Source of the DNA: a plasmid
Strand: one strand, 5' to 3'
Sequence record: CP132319.1
Length of the DNA: 64,000 nucleotides
In this document: one piece after another, positions 28,763 through 38,630 of the stretch
How positions within the stretch are numbered: the stretch's first letter is position 1
Layout: the number at the start of each line of letters is the position of its first letter
The notes under the pieces: model-generated
Told to the model about the DNA's origin: nothing
The model's input: the letters and a program-made list of their open reading frames with translations, nothing else
Databases searched by the model: none
Made by a program: the position numbers and the translations under genes

Positions 28763-30742
28763 ATGAAACGCCTGTCGTTCGATACGCCCACGGTGATGTC
28801 GCTGCTGACGGTGCTGGGCATGGTCCTCGCCACGGCTGGAACCTGGCCGCCGGCCGAGGGGCTTGCCGTCCTGCGCTGGCCGGGGCTGGCGCTCGTCTAT
28901 CTCGCCGGCGGACTGCCGGCGACGGGGAGCGCGCTTCTGGCCCTGTGGCGGCAGCATGTCCTCGATATCGACCTCCTGATGGTGGTTGCCGCGGTTGCCG
29001 CGGCCGTCGTCGGAGCGCCGTTCGAAGGTGCGGTGCTACTGACGCTGTTCAGCGTGTCGAAAACGCTCGAGCATCAGGCGCTCGGCCGCGCGCGCCGCGC
29101 CGTCGAGGCGCTAATGGCGCTTCGTCCCGAAACGGCGTTCCGCAGGCAGGCCGATGGCTCGGTGCTGGAGGTTCCCGCAGCGGAGCTTGCCGTCGGGGAT
29201 GTCGTGATCCTGCGGCCCGGCGCCCGCGTGCCGGCCGATGGCGTCATCCTGCTGGGACGTGGTGGCATCGACGAGGCCAATATCACCGGCGAATCCATGC
29301 CCGTTTCCAAGGAGCCGGGCCAGCAGGTGTTCGAGGCCACCGTCAATCTGGACGGCATTCTGGAGGTGGAGGTCGCAAGAACGATCGGCGATAGCACGAT
29401 CGCCCGCATGATCCGGCTGGTCACGGAGGCCCAGGAGGCCAAGGCCCCCTCCGAGCGTTTCAGCGCCTGGTTCGGACAGCGTTATACCGTCGCGGTTCTC
29501 CTCGGCGCCGCTCTCGCCTTCGCCGTTTTCTATGGGGTCGGGCGCGATTGGGAGCAGGCGCTTTATCGGGCCGCGACGCTGCTGGTCGCCGCCAGCCCCT
29601 GCGCGATCGTCATATCGGTACCGGCGGCGATCCTGTCGGCGCTTTCGGCGGCCGCGCGCGGCGGCGTTCTGTTCAAGGGCGGCGGCGCGCTCGAAACGCT
29701 GGCCGCCGTCAATATCTTCGCCTTCGACAAGACCGGCACCCTCACCAACGGCCGGGCGGCCGTGACGCGGATCGTCGCGCTGGACGCGGACGAATGCGGC
29801 TTCCTGTCGTTGCTCGCCGGGCTCGAAGCCCATTCCGAGCATCATGTCGCGGCGGCCATCCGCCGGGAGGCGGCTGCACGTGGCATCGCGCCGGCGCATG
29901 TCGTGGATGTCAGCGCGCGCCCAAGCGCAGGGATCGTCGGGTCGGATGCGCTTGGTGTCCTCTGGGCCGGCAATCTTCATCTCGTTCGGGACATGGGGGC
30001 GTCGGTTGATCACGCCCGGCTTCGGGAACTGACCGACAGCGCCGAGACCGTCGTCTATCTGGGACGAGGACCGGCTGTCCTCGGCGCCGTCGGAGTGGCG
30101 GACGAGGCGAGGGCGAGCTCGGCCCCGGCGCTCGCCGCGCTGCGGGCCGGCGGCGTGCGCCGCATCGTCATGATGACCGGAGACCGCCGGCCGGTGGCCC
30201 TGCGGATTGGCGGGCAGCTCGGCCTTGCTCCCGACGAGATCCACGCCGAAATGCTGCCGCAAGACAAGGTGCGCCATGTGGGGGACCTGGCGAGCGGCGG
30301 CACGGTGGCCTTCGTCGGCGACGGCGTCAATGACGCGGCCGCTCTTGCCCGCGCCGATGTCGGCATCGCCATGGGCGCGGCCGGCTCGGATGTCGCCCTT
30401 CAGGCCGCCGATGTCGCCCTATTGTCGGAAGACATGAAGAAGCTGGCCGATGCGCAGCGTCTGGCACGACGGACCGCCGCGATCATCCGGCAGAACCTCG
30501 TCGTCGCGATCGGCGCCATGCTGGTGCTGGTAACGGGCGGGTTGTTCTTCGATCTGCCGCTGCCGCTGGCGGTGGTCGGACATGAAGGCGGGACCGTGCT
30601 CGTGGTCCTCAACGGCTTGCGGCTGTTGTCGGATCCGATCCGGCGGCCAGTGGACAGGGCCGCATCCGTCCGTGCGCTGGAGGACGGGTTGGCGACGTCG
30701 CCACCGGTTGCGGCCACGTCGCCGGCCGACACGCCGGTATAG
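28763..30742 (+). CDS. P1B-4-type heavy-metal P-type ATPase (Co/Fe/Ni exporter class), no N-terminal metal-binding domain
   Basis: 659 aa. SPC motif in TM6 (AASPCAIVIS), DKTGTLT phosphorylation site, GDGVNDAAAL, HEGGT in the last TM (P1B-4 signature). Confidence 0.85.
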   Translation: MKRLSFDTPTVMSLLTVLGMVLATAGTWPPAEGLAVLRWPGLALVYLAGGLPATGSALLALWRQHVLDIDLLMVVAAVAAAVVGAPFEGAVLLTLFSVSKTLEHQALGRARRAVEALMALRPETAFRRQADGSVLEVPAAELAVGDVVILRPGARVPADGVILLGRGGIDEANITGESMPVSKEPGQQVFEATVNLDGILEVEVARTIGDSTIARMIRLVTEAQEAKAPSERFSAWFGQRYTVAVLLGAALAFAVFYGVGRDWEQALYRAATLLVAASPCAIVISVPAAILSALSAAARGGVLFKGGGALETLAAVNIFAFDKTGTLTNGRAAVTRIVALDADECGFLSLLAGLEAHSEHHVAAAIRREAAARGIAPAHVVDVSARPSAGIVGSDALGVLWAGNLHLVRDMGASVDHARLRELTDSAETVVYLGRGPAVLGAVGVADEARASSAPALAALRAGGVRRIVMMTGDRRPVALRIGGQLGLAPDEIHAEMLPQDKVRHVGDLASGGTVAFVGDGVNDAAALARADVGIAMGAAGSDVALQAADVALLSEDMKKLADAQRLARRTAAIIRQNLVVAIGAMLVLVTGGLFFDLPLPLAVVGHEGGTVLVVLNGLRLLSDPIRRPVDRAASVRALEDGLATSPPVAATSPADTPV

Positions 30743-30763
30743 GCGCCGGCCGCGTTCTGCGGA

Positions 30764-31489
30764 TCAACAGGACAGGAAGCGGGTGCGCGTGTTCTCTTCG
30801 AGAAGCAGACCCGTGATTCCGCCGAACACCCATTCCCGCAGGCGGCTGTGACCATAGGCGCCGGTGACGACGATATCGGCGTCGCTTTCGTCGACGAATT
30901 GCAGAAAGCCGATCGTTTCGTCGGCGCTTTTGATCATCTGCGGCCTGGCTTTTACATTGTGCCGGGCGAGATAGGAAACGATATCGGCGAGGCTCTGCCT
31001 CTCGGCCGGTGCGGGCTCCGGGGAAACGGAAACGACGGCGACGTCATAGGCGACCGATAGCAGGGGAATTGCATCGGCAATCGCGCGGCGGGCCTCACGG
31101 GTGTCCTTCCAGCCGATGACGATCTTTCTTGTCGCAATCGCGTCCCGGTCCCTCCCGACCACCAGCAGCGGCCGGCCGGCGCGCAGGACGATGGCCGCCG
31201 GGTCCGCGCGCTCTTCGGCCGCCATCAATACGAGATCGGCGATACGGGCGGCGGCCACGACCGCCTCGGTCGGCGCCATTGTTTCGCCGCGCCATTCCGC
31301 CTCGATCCTGTTTGCCGCCAGATGGAGGAACGCGGCGCGGGCCTCCTCCATGCGCTCTGCGAGCGTTTCGGCGGCGCAAAGCCCGACGAGCCGCGCGCCC
31401 GAGCGGGATGCCAAATCGATGGCGGCCTCCGTTATCGGCTCGAACGGCCGGTCGATATCGAGATTGACGAGAATGGATCGATAAACCAC
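30764..31489 (-). CDS. universal stress protein UspA (tandem USP domains)
   Basis: 241 aa with two USP repeats (..VVGRDRD.., ..VVTGAYGHSRLREWVFGGIT..). Confidence 0.8.
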   Translation of the reverse strand: MVYRSILVNLDIDRPFEPITEAAIDLASRSGARLVGLCAAETLAERMEEARAAFLHLAANRIEAEWRGETMAPTEAVVAAARIADLVLMAAEERADPAAIVLRAGRPLLVVGRDRDAIATRKIVIGWKDTREARRAIADAIPLLSVAYDVAVVSVSPEPAPAERQSLADIVSYLARHNVKARPQMIKSADETIGFLQFVDESDADIVVTGAYGHSRLREWVFGGITGLLLEENTRTRFLSC

Positions 31490-31833
31490 GCGTAGATTCC
31501 TTCCGGTCCAGGTAAGCGGTCGGAAGCATAGCGCCGATAGCGCGGTAGATATTGATCCTGGTCAAGTATCGCGTAGGGCCTGCCAAAGGGCCGGGTCAGC
31601 CGCCCCGTTCCGCCTCCGGAGGCCTTACCTTGGATTGCGAGCATGCGCTCCACGTTCGCCGAGAGGATCGGGGGCAGGAACGGCCGCAGAAGTTCCAGCC
31701 GGGCGACGATTGCACCGTGAGCGGGTCCAGCAATTTCCCCGACGCCCCGGTGAAGACGGACACGTTTTAACGGGCCATTGCAAAGATTTTGGGCGCTCCT
31801 ATCTCTTGCTAGAGATCGTTGGAGACACCCGCG

Positions 31834-32076
31834 ATGAAGACCATCCCTATCGAAACTCTCATTTCCGACGCGGCTGAAATTATGTTGCCGCGGCGGTGCG
31901 CCAAGGCAACCCGACCGGCTGTGGCCTGTATCTGCTGCGGAAACGCTGATCGGGCAATGGACGACGACGGGTGCGGCATCTGCGATGCTTGCCTCGATGC
32001 GCCGCTGCAGGCGATTTGTAATCTGGAAGGATTTGATTTGCCGGAAGTCTTTCCTCATTTATCGCGGCGACGGTAG
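31834..32076 (+). CDS. small Cys-rich hypothetical protein
   Basis: MKTIPIETLI...CICCGNADRAMDDDGCGICDAC.... GGAGACA upstream. Confidence 0.3.
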   Translation: MKTIPIETLISDAAEIMLPRRCAKATRPAVACICCGNADRAMDDDGCGICDACLDAPLQAICNLEGFDLPEVFPHLSRRR

Positions 32077-32229
32077 CCGTCGCGCGTTCGCAACCATACG
32101 GTTCGGAAGGGCGCTCTCCGAATGGGTCGAGCGCCCTTCGGCATTACTGGAAGGTGCGCCCGGCGGATCATGCGGGTCGCCGCGAGCGTTCCATCTGATT
32201 ACCTCTCGCCTATCATTTCGATACCGCCG

Positions 32230-32480
32230 CGAAGCTCCACCACGAATATGTCCGGCGGCTCGGTGTCTTCGACGCGGACCTCGCGGGCGGGATAGGCATG
32301 GCTAAGCGGGAAGGACAGGCACATCAGCCGACGTGCTGCACGGACAGGGCACGGGCGGAAGCGGCCTGATCAGCGATTTTGCGGAGACGGAAGGGTCGAG
32401 CCAGTCCGCCCAGGTGTTTCGCTCAAGGATCACGATTTGCCGATCGTGGTAGGGAGCGATATCGGGGCCGGGCGGCATGG
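32230..32480 (-). pseudogene. degraded SOS-response-associated peptidase (SRAP/YedK, DUF159) fragment
   Basis: Minus-strand frame reads ...MPPGPDIAPYHDRQIVILERNTWADWLDP... (the SRAP C-terminal HDRMPVIL-type motif) with stops on both sides. Confidence 0.35.
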
Positions 32481-32737
32481 TGAAGGCCTCACCGACCTAA
32501 TCGGTGGCCCGCCAGATGCCGACAATAGCAAAGATCAGCTCCGCGATCTTGCGAAATAGCCACTAATCCTTGCGTTTTTTTTGCCTTTCTCGGCCGGTTC
32601 GGTGAACTCAGTTATGCGGACCCCCTTTGTTTTTCCCGCGGCGTTTTTGGCGAGGTCCGCCTTGCGAAGCCTTCAATTCTACCTCAGCGCGGCGGACCTC
32701 GATAGCAAACCATCGCAATTTTGGCGCCCGCGAGCCA

Positions 32738-33487
32738 CTAATGCCGCCACACCTTCACTGCGGAGATCAGCAAGATGATCGCTAGGGCTGGCAGCAGTAC
32801 CGCGTTCGGAACGATCCCGAGAAGCAAGCCGCCGACAAAGGTGCCGACAATCGAACCGGCAGCCATGATCAAGAGAAAGGCCTTGTTGCGGCTGATAACA
32901 GAGAAGCTCCGATCACGGCTATAGCGAGTGAACCCGACCAGCATGGTTGGCAGGCTTATGGCAAGCGAAAGGCTGCCACCGAGCTTGATGTCCGCTCCAA
33001 AGAGGAGAACCAGTGTCGGGATCAGTAGTTCGCCGCCCGCTACTCCCAGCAGTGATGCGACGATGCCTATGATGAAGCCGGCGAAAACACCCGCGATGAG
33101 CTGGCTGACGCCGGTCAACATCGGTTGGCCGGCTGTCGCGTCGTGCCCGAACACCAGGACGATCGCGATTGCCACGAGCATGATGGCGATAACCTTGTAG
33201 AGCGTCTCCGACCGCAGCTTTGTCGCCCAGCCTGCGCCGAACCAGGCGCCGATCAGGCTTCCGGCGAGAAGATTGAGGACGATCGGCCAATTGTCGGCGA
33301 CGGCGCTGAACGGAACGGTTCCTGCCCGAAAAGGAAGCGCGGTCGCAACGACCACGAGGCTCATCGCTTTGTTGAGGATGACAGCCTCAAGCGCTGCAAA
33401 GTTGAAGAGCCCGATCAGGATTGGGAGGCGGAACTCCGCGCCGCCGAGCCCGATGAGTCCTCCAAGAGCGCCAATAATCGCGCCAAT
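32738..33487 (-). CDS. TauE/SafE (DUF81) family sulfite/sulfonate exporter; no recognisable start codon (TAA immediately upstream)
   Basis: Frame is open from 33487 (..FTIGAIIGALGGLIGLGGAEFRLPIL..), which matches the TauE N-terminus, but is preceded directly by TAA. The annotated ATG at 33364 would remove the first TM helix. Confidence 0.6.
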   Translation of the reverse strand: MGAIIGALGGLIGLGGAEFRLPILIGLFNFAALEAVILNKAMSLVVVATALPFRAGTVPFSAVADNWPIVLNLLAGSLIGAWFGAGWATKLRSETLYKVIAIMLVAIAIVLVFGHDATAGQPMLTGVSQLIAGVFAGFIIGIVASLLGVAGGELLIPTLVLLFGADIKLGGSLSLAISLPTMLVGFTRYSRDRSFSVISRNKAFLLIMAAGSIVGTFVGGLLLGIVPNAVLLPALAIILLISAVKVWRH

Positions 33488-33690
33488 TGTGAATTAGCCC
33501 CGAAAGGCTCTCGTGTCGCCCCCCAATTTGAACGGACAGTTGGCATAAGCAGAAAGGCATAGCGTCTGAACGCTGCAACCTGCGTATGTCGGAGCGTTGG
33601 ACCCAAGGTAGCACCTTGTCTGTAGCGCCCATTATTCCCGGCGTCGTGAGTGGAACGCCACGCACAGAGGCACCGTGGCGGACATTGTGA

Positions 33691-34485
33691 TCAAGCCATC
33701 GTCGGCCCCCAGCTTCGGTAGAAGATGTAGCCAGCGACGACGAAGATGAGCGCCGCGAACAGACGGTTGAGTGTGTTCTTGTAGCCACTCAGTCGAGTTG
33801 CCAGCCTCATTCCGAGGATGCCGCCTGCGATGCCTCCACCGATGAACTCCGTTGCAAGCCACCAGTCCACCAGCCCGGATGCCGCATAGTTCAGCGCGGT
33901 CGCCAGTCCGAAGGCGCCGACGGACAGAAGCGACGTGCCGATCGCATTGATCATCGGCATGCCGGTTGCCAGCATCAGACCTGGCACAATCAGGAACCCC
34001 CCGCCGATCCCGAAGAAGCCTGACGCCGCTCCGGCGGCCAGCGCCACGGCTGCTGTGACAAAGCACATCTTAAGGTCGATCGGCCGGCTTTCGACCGACG
34101 GCGGCTTCCTGGGCTTAAGCATCAGGGCGCCGACGACGACCATCAGAATGCCGAACAGGAGAATCAGTCGGTCTCCGTCCATCGCCTTTCCGAGGCTGGA
34201 GCCTGCTAGCGCGCCGAGGACGCCGAGCGCTGCAAACACCGCGGCGCACCGCCACCAGACGTGTCCCTTGATTGCGTGGCTCGTAAAGTTCGCGAAAGCG
34301 TTGACCGAAACTGCAAGCGCACCGGTTCCAATCGCGACATGAGGCTGCGCGACTCCGACGACGTAGAGGAGGAGCGGGGTCGCCAGGATCGAGCCGCCGC
34401 CGCCGAGAAGGCCGAGCATGAAGCCGACGATCCCGCCGGAGCCGACAGCCGCTAGAACGGAACCAATCATGTTCTTCTGCTCCAC
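33691..34485 (-). CDS. TauE/SafE family membrane transporter
   Basis: 264 aa, two DUF81 repeats with GxGGG motifs. Confidence 0.75.
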   Translation of the reverse strand: MEQKNMIGSVLAAVGSGGIVGFMLGLLGGGGSILATPLLLYVVGVAQPHVAIGTGALAVSVNAFANFTSHAIKGHVWWRCAAVFAALGVLGALAGSSLGKAMDGDRLILLFGILMVVVGALMLKPRKPPSVESRPIDLKMCFVTAAVALAAGAASGFFGIGGGFLIVPGLMLATGMPMINAIGTSLLSVGAFGLATALNYAASGLVDWWLATEFIGGGIAGGILGMRLATRLSGYKNTLNRLFAALIFVVAGYIFYRSWGPTMA

Positions 34486-34898
34486 GCTCTGTCGTAGACT
34501 GCCATACCGATTAACATGGCGGCGACGAACAACACCGTTTGTGGGATGCCAACCGATAGGGAGGCGACTGCAGGGCCGGGACAGAAGCCGCCGATCCCCC
34601 AGCCAATTCCGAACAAGGCCGATCCGATGAGCAGCGGCGCGTCGATCTTCCGGGTCGTGGGCACATGGAAACTGTCGTCGAAGGTGGGATGGCGCATCTT
34701 CTTCATCACCTGAACGCCGATGAAGGCGACAGCGACGGCGCCGCCGAGGACGAAGGCAAGACTTGGATCCCAGTTGCCGAAGACGTCAAGGAAGCCTCGG
34801 ACGCGAACCGGATTGAGCATGCCCGAAAGCGACAGGCCGAAGCCGAAGACGATGCCGGATAAGAGGGCGGCGCCGAACTGATAGATGGTCCTGTTCAT
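34467..34898 (-). CDS. YeeE/YedE-family sulfur-compound transporter half-protein
   Basis: 143 aa, 4 [15 protein letters not shown] motif. Confidence 0.75.
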   Translation of the reverse strand: MNRTIYQFGAALLSGIVFGFGLSLSGMLNPVRVRGFLDVFGNWDPSLAFVLGGAVAVAFIGVQVMKKMRHPTFDDSFHVPTTRKIDAPLLIGSALFGIGWGIGGFCPGPAVASLSVGIPQTVLFVAAMLIGMAVYDRAWSRRT

Positions 34899-35305
34899 AG
34901 TCCGAAACCTCGTAGAATGGCGACCGCGACCACGCCCGCGGACAGGAATGTGGCAACGGCCACCATCGATCGCGGCGACAGGCGGGCAAGCCCGAGCACG
35001 CCGTGTCCGCTGGTGCAGCCGGATCCCATCCGCGAGCCGAAGCCGACCAGCAGTCCGGCCACGATGATCAGCGGCCAGGCTGTGATGATCTCAACAGTCG
35101 GCCAGCCACCAATGACCAGCAGGTAGACGAGCGGCCCGAGCAGGAGGCCAAGAACGAACGCAAGATTGGTGGTCAGGCCGACGCCTTGAGCCAGACGCCC
35201 GACAATGCCGCTGATGCCGGCAATCCGGCCGTTCAAGAGCAGGAGCATGACCGCGGAGGCGCCGATCAACATGCCGCCGCTCAGCGACTGGAAATAGATG
35301 CTCAT
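34895..35305 (-). CDS. YeeE/YedE-family sulfur-compound transporter half-protein
   Basis: 136 aa, GSGCTSGHG motif. Confidence 0.75.
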   Translation of the reverse strand: MSIYFQSLSGGMLIGASAVMLLLLNGRIAGISGIVGRLAQGVGLTTNLAFVLGLLLGPLVYLLVIGGWPTVEIITAWPLIIVAGLLVGFGSRMGSGCTSGHGVLGLARLSPRSMVAVATFLSAGVVAVAILRGFGL

Positions 35306-35649
35306 GTCTCTTCCTTTACGCAGAAGATGTCATAGAGGGCGGAGACCAGCTGTGCGGCTTTCTCCTCGGTCAGGCGGTAGAAGATCTGCTTTCCCTCCCG
35401 CCGGGTTTCGACGATGCCAGAGCTCCGCAGCACGGTCAGATGCTGCGAAAGATGCGGCTGATGGACGTCAAGCTTTTCCTCGAGTTCGCCGACCGAGAAC
35501 TCGCCCTCGACCAGCGTGCATACGATCATCAGACGCGCCTGGTGGGACAACGTCTTCAGAAGATCGGCGACGGCTCCGGCTCGGCCCGCCATCTCGGCGG
35601 GAGAGAGCCGCGCCTTCATCATTTTCTCTGAGTCGGTGCTCATTCCCAT
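35302..35649 (-). CDS. bigR: ArsR/SmtB-family persulfide-sensing repressor BigR
   Basis: 115 aa, HTH ...HQARLMIVCTLVEGEFSVGELEEKLDVHQPHLSQHL.... Sits between blh and the YeeE/YedE/TauE genes, as in the Xylella/Agrobacterium BigR operon. Confidence 0.7.
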   Translation of the reverse strand: MGMSTDSEKMMKARLSPAEMAGRAGAVADLLKTLSHQARLMIVCTLVEGEFSVGELEEKLDVHQPHLSQHLTVLRSSGIVETRREGKQIFYRLTEEKAAQLVSALYDIFCVKEET

Positions 35650-36938
35650 GCGGCTCCCTGCAATGCGTCGAGCGGAAACTTCAGGTAGCGCTTGCCGTTC
35701 GCTTCCGGCTCCGGCAGTCGCCCACCGCGGATGTTCACCTGCAGGGCATGCAGGATGAGCTTCGGCATGGGCAGCGTCTTGTCACGCTTCGTCCGGAGCG
35801 TCACGAACTGTTCTTCTGTCACGCCAGCAAGATGCTCGTTGAATTTCTTCTGCTCGGCCACGGTGCTTTCCCAGCGCGGAGCACGGCCGTCCGGCTGGTA
35901 GTCGTGTCCGGTGAAGATGCGTGTCTCGTCCGGGAGAGCGAGGATATCCTGAATCGACTTCCATAGGATGCGGACATCACCGCCGGGGAAGTCGGCGCGC
36001 GCCGTGCCGCTGTCGGGCATAAACAGCGTGTCATGAACGAAGGCCGCGTCGCCGACCACATAGGTGATCGAGGCAAGTGTATGCCCTGGCGAGAACATCA
36101 CCTTGGTGTCGATGGAGCCGACCTTGAACGTCTCACCATGTGCGAAAAGCCGGTCCCATTGCGAGCCGTCGATCGCTAGCTCAGGCCAGTTGTAGATCTC
36201 CTTCCAGAGCTTCTGAACATCGACAACGCGTTCGCCGATCGCGGTTCTGCCACCGGTCTTCTCCTTCAAATACTGGGCCGCGGAGAAATGGTCGGCATGT
36301 GGGTGGGTATCGAGGATCCACTCCACCGTCAGGCCATTCTCCCGGACATAGTCGAGGATCGCGTCGGCGTTTATGGTGCCAGTGGCTCCGGCCTTCTCGT
36401 CGAAATCGAGCACTGGATCGATGATGGCGCACTTGCCCGTCGCTGGATCGGACACAACATACTGGACGCTCCAGGTGCGCCTGTCGAAGAAGCCCATCAC
36501 CTTCGGGCGACGCGTTGCGTTCTGCTCGAGCCATGCCGCAGCTGCACTAGTGTCGAAGCCGTTGGCTCGTCCGAATTCGACGACGTCCTCAGCAGCCATC
36601 CGGCCGTCGAGGACCTCCCCGATCAGGTACAGGCTGAGAGATCTCGTGCCGGACTTGCAGTGTGCGAAAACCGGTCCGCCGGAGTCGTCGAGCGCCTTCT
36701 GGAACGACCGCACGTCCGCTTCGGTGATCGTGCCGAGCGTGACAGGAACGAAAGAGTAGGACAGGCCGCAATGCTCGGCCGCCTGTTTTTCGGCGTCCGT
36801 TCCCGGCTGGAGAGCGTCTTCGGCGTCCGGTCGGTTGTTGATCAGCGTCGTGAACCCCAAGCTGCGCAGGGACCGAATGACGTCGACGCTCGGCTGCGGC
36901 GAGACCGATAGCTTCTCAGAAATCTTGATGGCAGACAT
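35640..36938 (-). CDS. blh: Blh: DUF442 phosphatase-like domain fused to an MBL-fold persulfide dioxygenase
   Basis: N-terminal ...FAHCKSGTRS... (DUF442 CX5R-like). C-terminal ...LDTHPHADHFSAA... metallo-beta-lactamase/ETHE1 motif. Start set at MSAIKI, preceded by GGAG. Confidence 0.8.
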   Translation of the reverse strand: MSAIKISEKLSVSPQPSVDVIRSLRSLGFTTLINNRPDAEDALQPGTDAEKQAAEHCGLSYSFVPVTLGTITEADVRSFQKALDDSGGPVFAHCKSGTRSLSLYLIGEVLDGRMAAEDVVEFGRANGFDTSAAAAWLEQNATRRPKVMGFFDRRTWSVQYVVSDPATGKCAIIDPVLDFDEKAGATGTINADAILDYVRENGLTVEWILDTHPHADHFSAAQYLKEKTGGRTAIGERVVDVQKLWKEIYNWPELAIDGSQWDRLFAHGETFKVGSIDTKVMFSPGHTLASITYVVGDAAFVHDTLFMPDSGTARADFPGGDVRILWKSIQDILALPDETRIFTGHDYQPDGRAPRWESTVAEQKKFNEHLAGVTEEQFVTLRTKRDKTLPMPKLILHALQVNIRGGRLPEPEANGKRYLKFPLDALQGAAWE

Positions 36939-36962
36939 GCCTGACTCCATGTTTCGATACAT

Positions 36963-36987
36963 TATACAATATAATATAATATATAAT
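36963..36987. promoter_or_regulatory. AT-rich repeat (ATATAAT x3) promoter/operator of the blh-bigR operon
   Basis: TATACAATATAATATAATATATAAT immediately upstream of blh. BigR operators are AT-rich palindromes overlapping the -10 region. Confidence 0.4.
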
Positions 36988-37252
36988 GAACAAATTACAA
37001 CGGGGTTCGATGACCAGATTGTCGCAGCGGGTTGTCGAGAATGTGCACCGGCCTACACCTGACGGCGTTGTGAGTTGCTCCGACTACTATGAGGCCTGCA
37101 GCACGCTGAAAATGCTGTCATTGTTTCGCGAGCGATATAAGCCGCGGTTCCATAATAGAACTTATGCGATATGTTATAACATAACAAGGTGCAGATAGTG
37201 ATAAAGTGCAGCTTGCAGTGGGCAAGAGCTAATTGTCAGTCGAAGGGGTGAC

Positions 37253-37948
37253 TCATGAGAGAGACCGCGGGACCATCATTTCAATTAGTTCGCGCCCCGC
37301 AGGCACTACTGTGATATAGACGGCGGTAAATGGCATAGGTGCTTTATCGGCCCAGAAGATTCCGGCGATTTTCGTTCGCCGGAGGGCCGAAAAGGCGATG
37401 GCGCCATTCGCCTCAAGATCCGCCAGCATAGTGCCCATTTCGTGGTTATACGAGAGTTTATCGGAGAAAGAGATGTCGTCCCGAATATCCTGCATGTCCT
37501 GCAGGTAGTCGAAGAGGGCCGCGGCGATCTCCTTTGCATCAGTGCTCAAGCCGTCATCCATATGGAGGACCAGGCCGGTGGAGACGTCCGTGAGGCGGCC
37601 GAGAGCGTCGCCATTCGCGACACGTTCCGCAGGAAGCTTCATATGGTCCGGGAACTGCTTTTCCATGGCTTCCTGGCTTGTGCCATTCAGATCGCCAAGG
37701 ATCTTGTAGACCGAAGAGACAAACTCCGGGCTGTCGAATATGTCGGAGTTGTCGTAGCCGAGACCGCGTGCCAACGCCCTGCGGGTAGTAATGCTGGCCG
37801 GCTTTCCAGCTTCAACTCGCTGGATGGTGCGCACATCGATCCCGGAACTCGCCGCAAGGGCTTCCTGTGACCAGTTAGATGTTTCTCGGATGCACTTGAC
37901 CCAGAATCCGAGCACTTTGGGCTCGAGCAGGGGTTGGGCGGTGTTCAT
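37253..37948 (-). CDS. XRE-HTH domain protein with 170-aa uncharacterised C-terminal domain
   Basis: Start at MNTAQPLL. HTH_XRE ...WSQEALAASSGIDVRTIQRVEAG.... The C-domain has no recognised family. Confidence 0.55.
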   Translation of the reverse strand: MNTAQPLLEPKVLGFWVKCIRETSNWSQEALAASSGIDVRTIQRVEAGKPASITTRRALARGLGYDNSDIFDSPEFVSSVYKILGDLNGTSQEAMEKQFPDHMKLPAERVANGDALGRLTDVSTGLVLHMDDGLSTDAKEIAAALFDYLQDMQDIRDDISFSDKLSYNHEMGTMLADLEANGAIAFSALRRTKIAGIFWADKAPMPFTAVYITVVPAGRELIEMMVPRSLS

Positions 37949-38048
37949 GAGCAATGCCTTTCGCTGTTGATATGACACCACCATATCGTCGTGCAGCCAA
38001 GTCCGACACGACAGCATCCCGACACTTTGCCGACAGATCGCCGCCTGG

Positions 38049-38630
38049 TCAGCTGTTGGCTGTTGGCGGGCCAGCGGTTACGACAACCGCCGCCGGCGTC
38101 GCGTAGAACTCCTCCACCAGGGCTTCCCAGAAGTGAAACACCGCGGTGGCGATAGGCTCGAGCTGAACCTCGCGTCCGCCCTCATCCATCTTCACTTCCG
38201 GACCGCCGCCATAGGGACCCTCGCCGTAACCACCCTCACCGTAGCCGGTGGTCTGGATAAAGGTGTTGGCAGAGTGGTGCATGGCCGTCGACGGCCCGCC
38301 TTTCTTTGTAGGGAATGTGAGCTTGGCGTGTTTGGCCGCGTTGTTGAGATCACGGATAAAGCCGGCGTCGGGCACGTGCTTTTCGACGACCTGGTGCCAG
38401 AGATCTGCCGACTTGACGATACCCGCTCCGAATTTGGCCTGCACCTTGGCAAGGTCATGAACGCACATCCATTCACCGATGTGGTAGAGGCCTGTGGCCA
38501 GGGAATAGACGGCGAGGAAGGTTACTTCGCCAGCCATGAACTGCCGATAGGCGGCTTTGGTGATATTCTCGAAGTAATCGCGGGTGTTTTCCAGCCGGTC
38601 CTTGTTCATGGTGTCTCTCGGTTTCAGCAT
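38049..38630 (-). CDS. hypothetical protein (possible HEPN-like R..NxxxH motif IRDLNNAAKH; Gly/Tyr/Glu-rich low-complexity insert)
   Basis: 193-aa ORF co-oriented with, and directly upstream of, the XRE-domain gene. No confident family. Confidence 0.45.
   Translation of the reverse strand: MLKPRDTMNKDRLENTRDYFENITKAAYRQFMAGEVTFLAVYSLATGLYHIGEWMCVHDLAKVQAKFGAGIVKSADLWHQVVEKHVPDAGFIRDLNNAAKHAKLTFPTKKGGPSTAMHHSANTFIQTTGYGEGGYGEGPYGGGPEVKMDEGGREVQLEPIATAVFHFWEALVEEFYATPAAVVVTAGPPTANS

Noticed and set aside
29111-30277. 388-aa minus-strand ORF antisense to the P-type ATPase
   Set aside because: Arg/Asp/Gly-rich nonsense. The sense strand carries all P-type ATPase motifs.
31432-32058. 208-aa minus-strand ORF upstream of uspA
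   Set aside because: No motifs. It overlaps the better-supported small Cys-rich plus-strand ORF and an intergenic region. Likely a GC-bias artefact.
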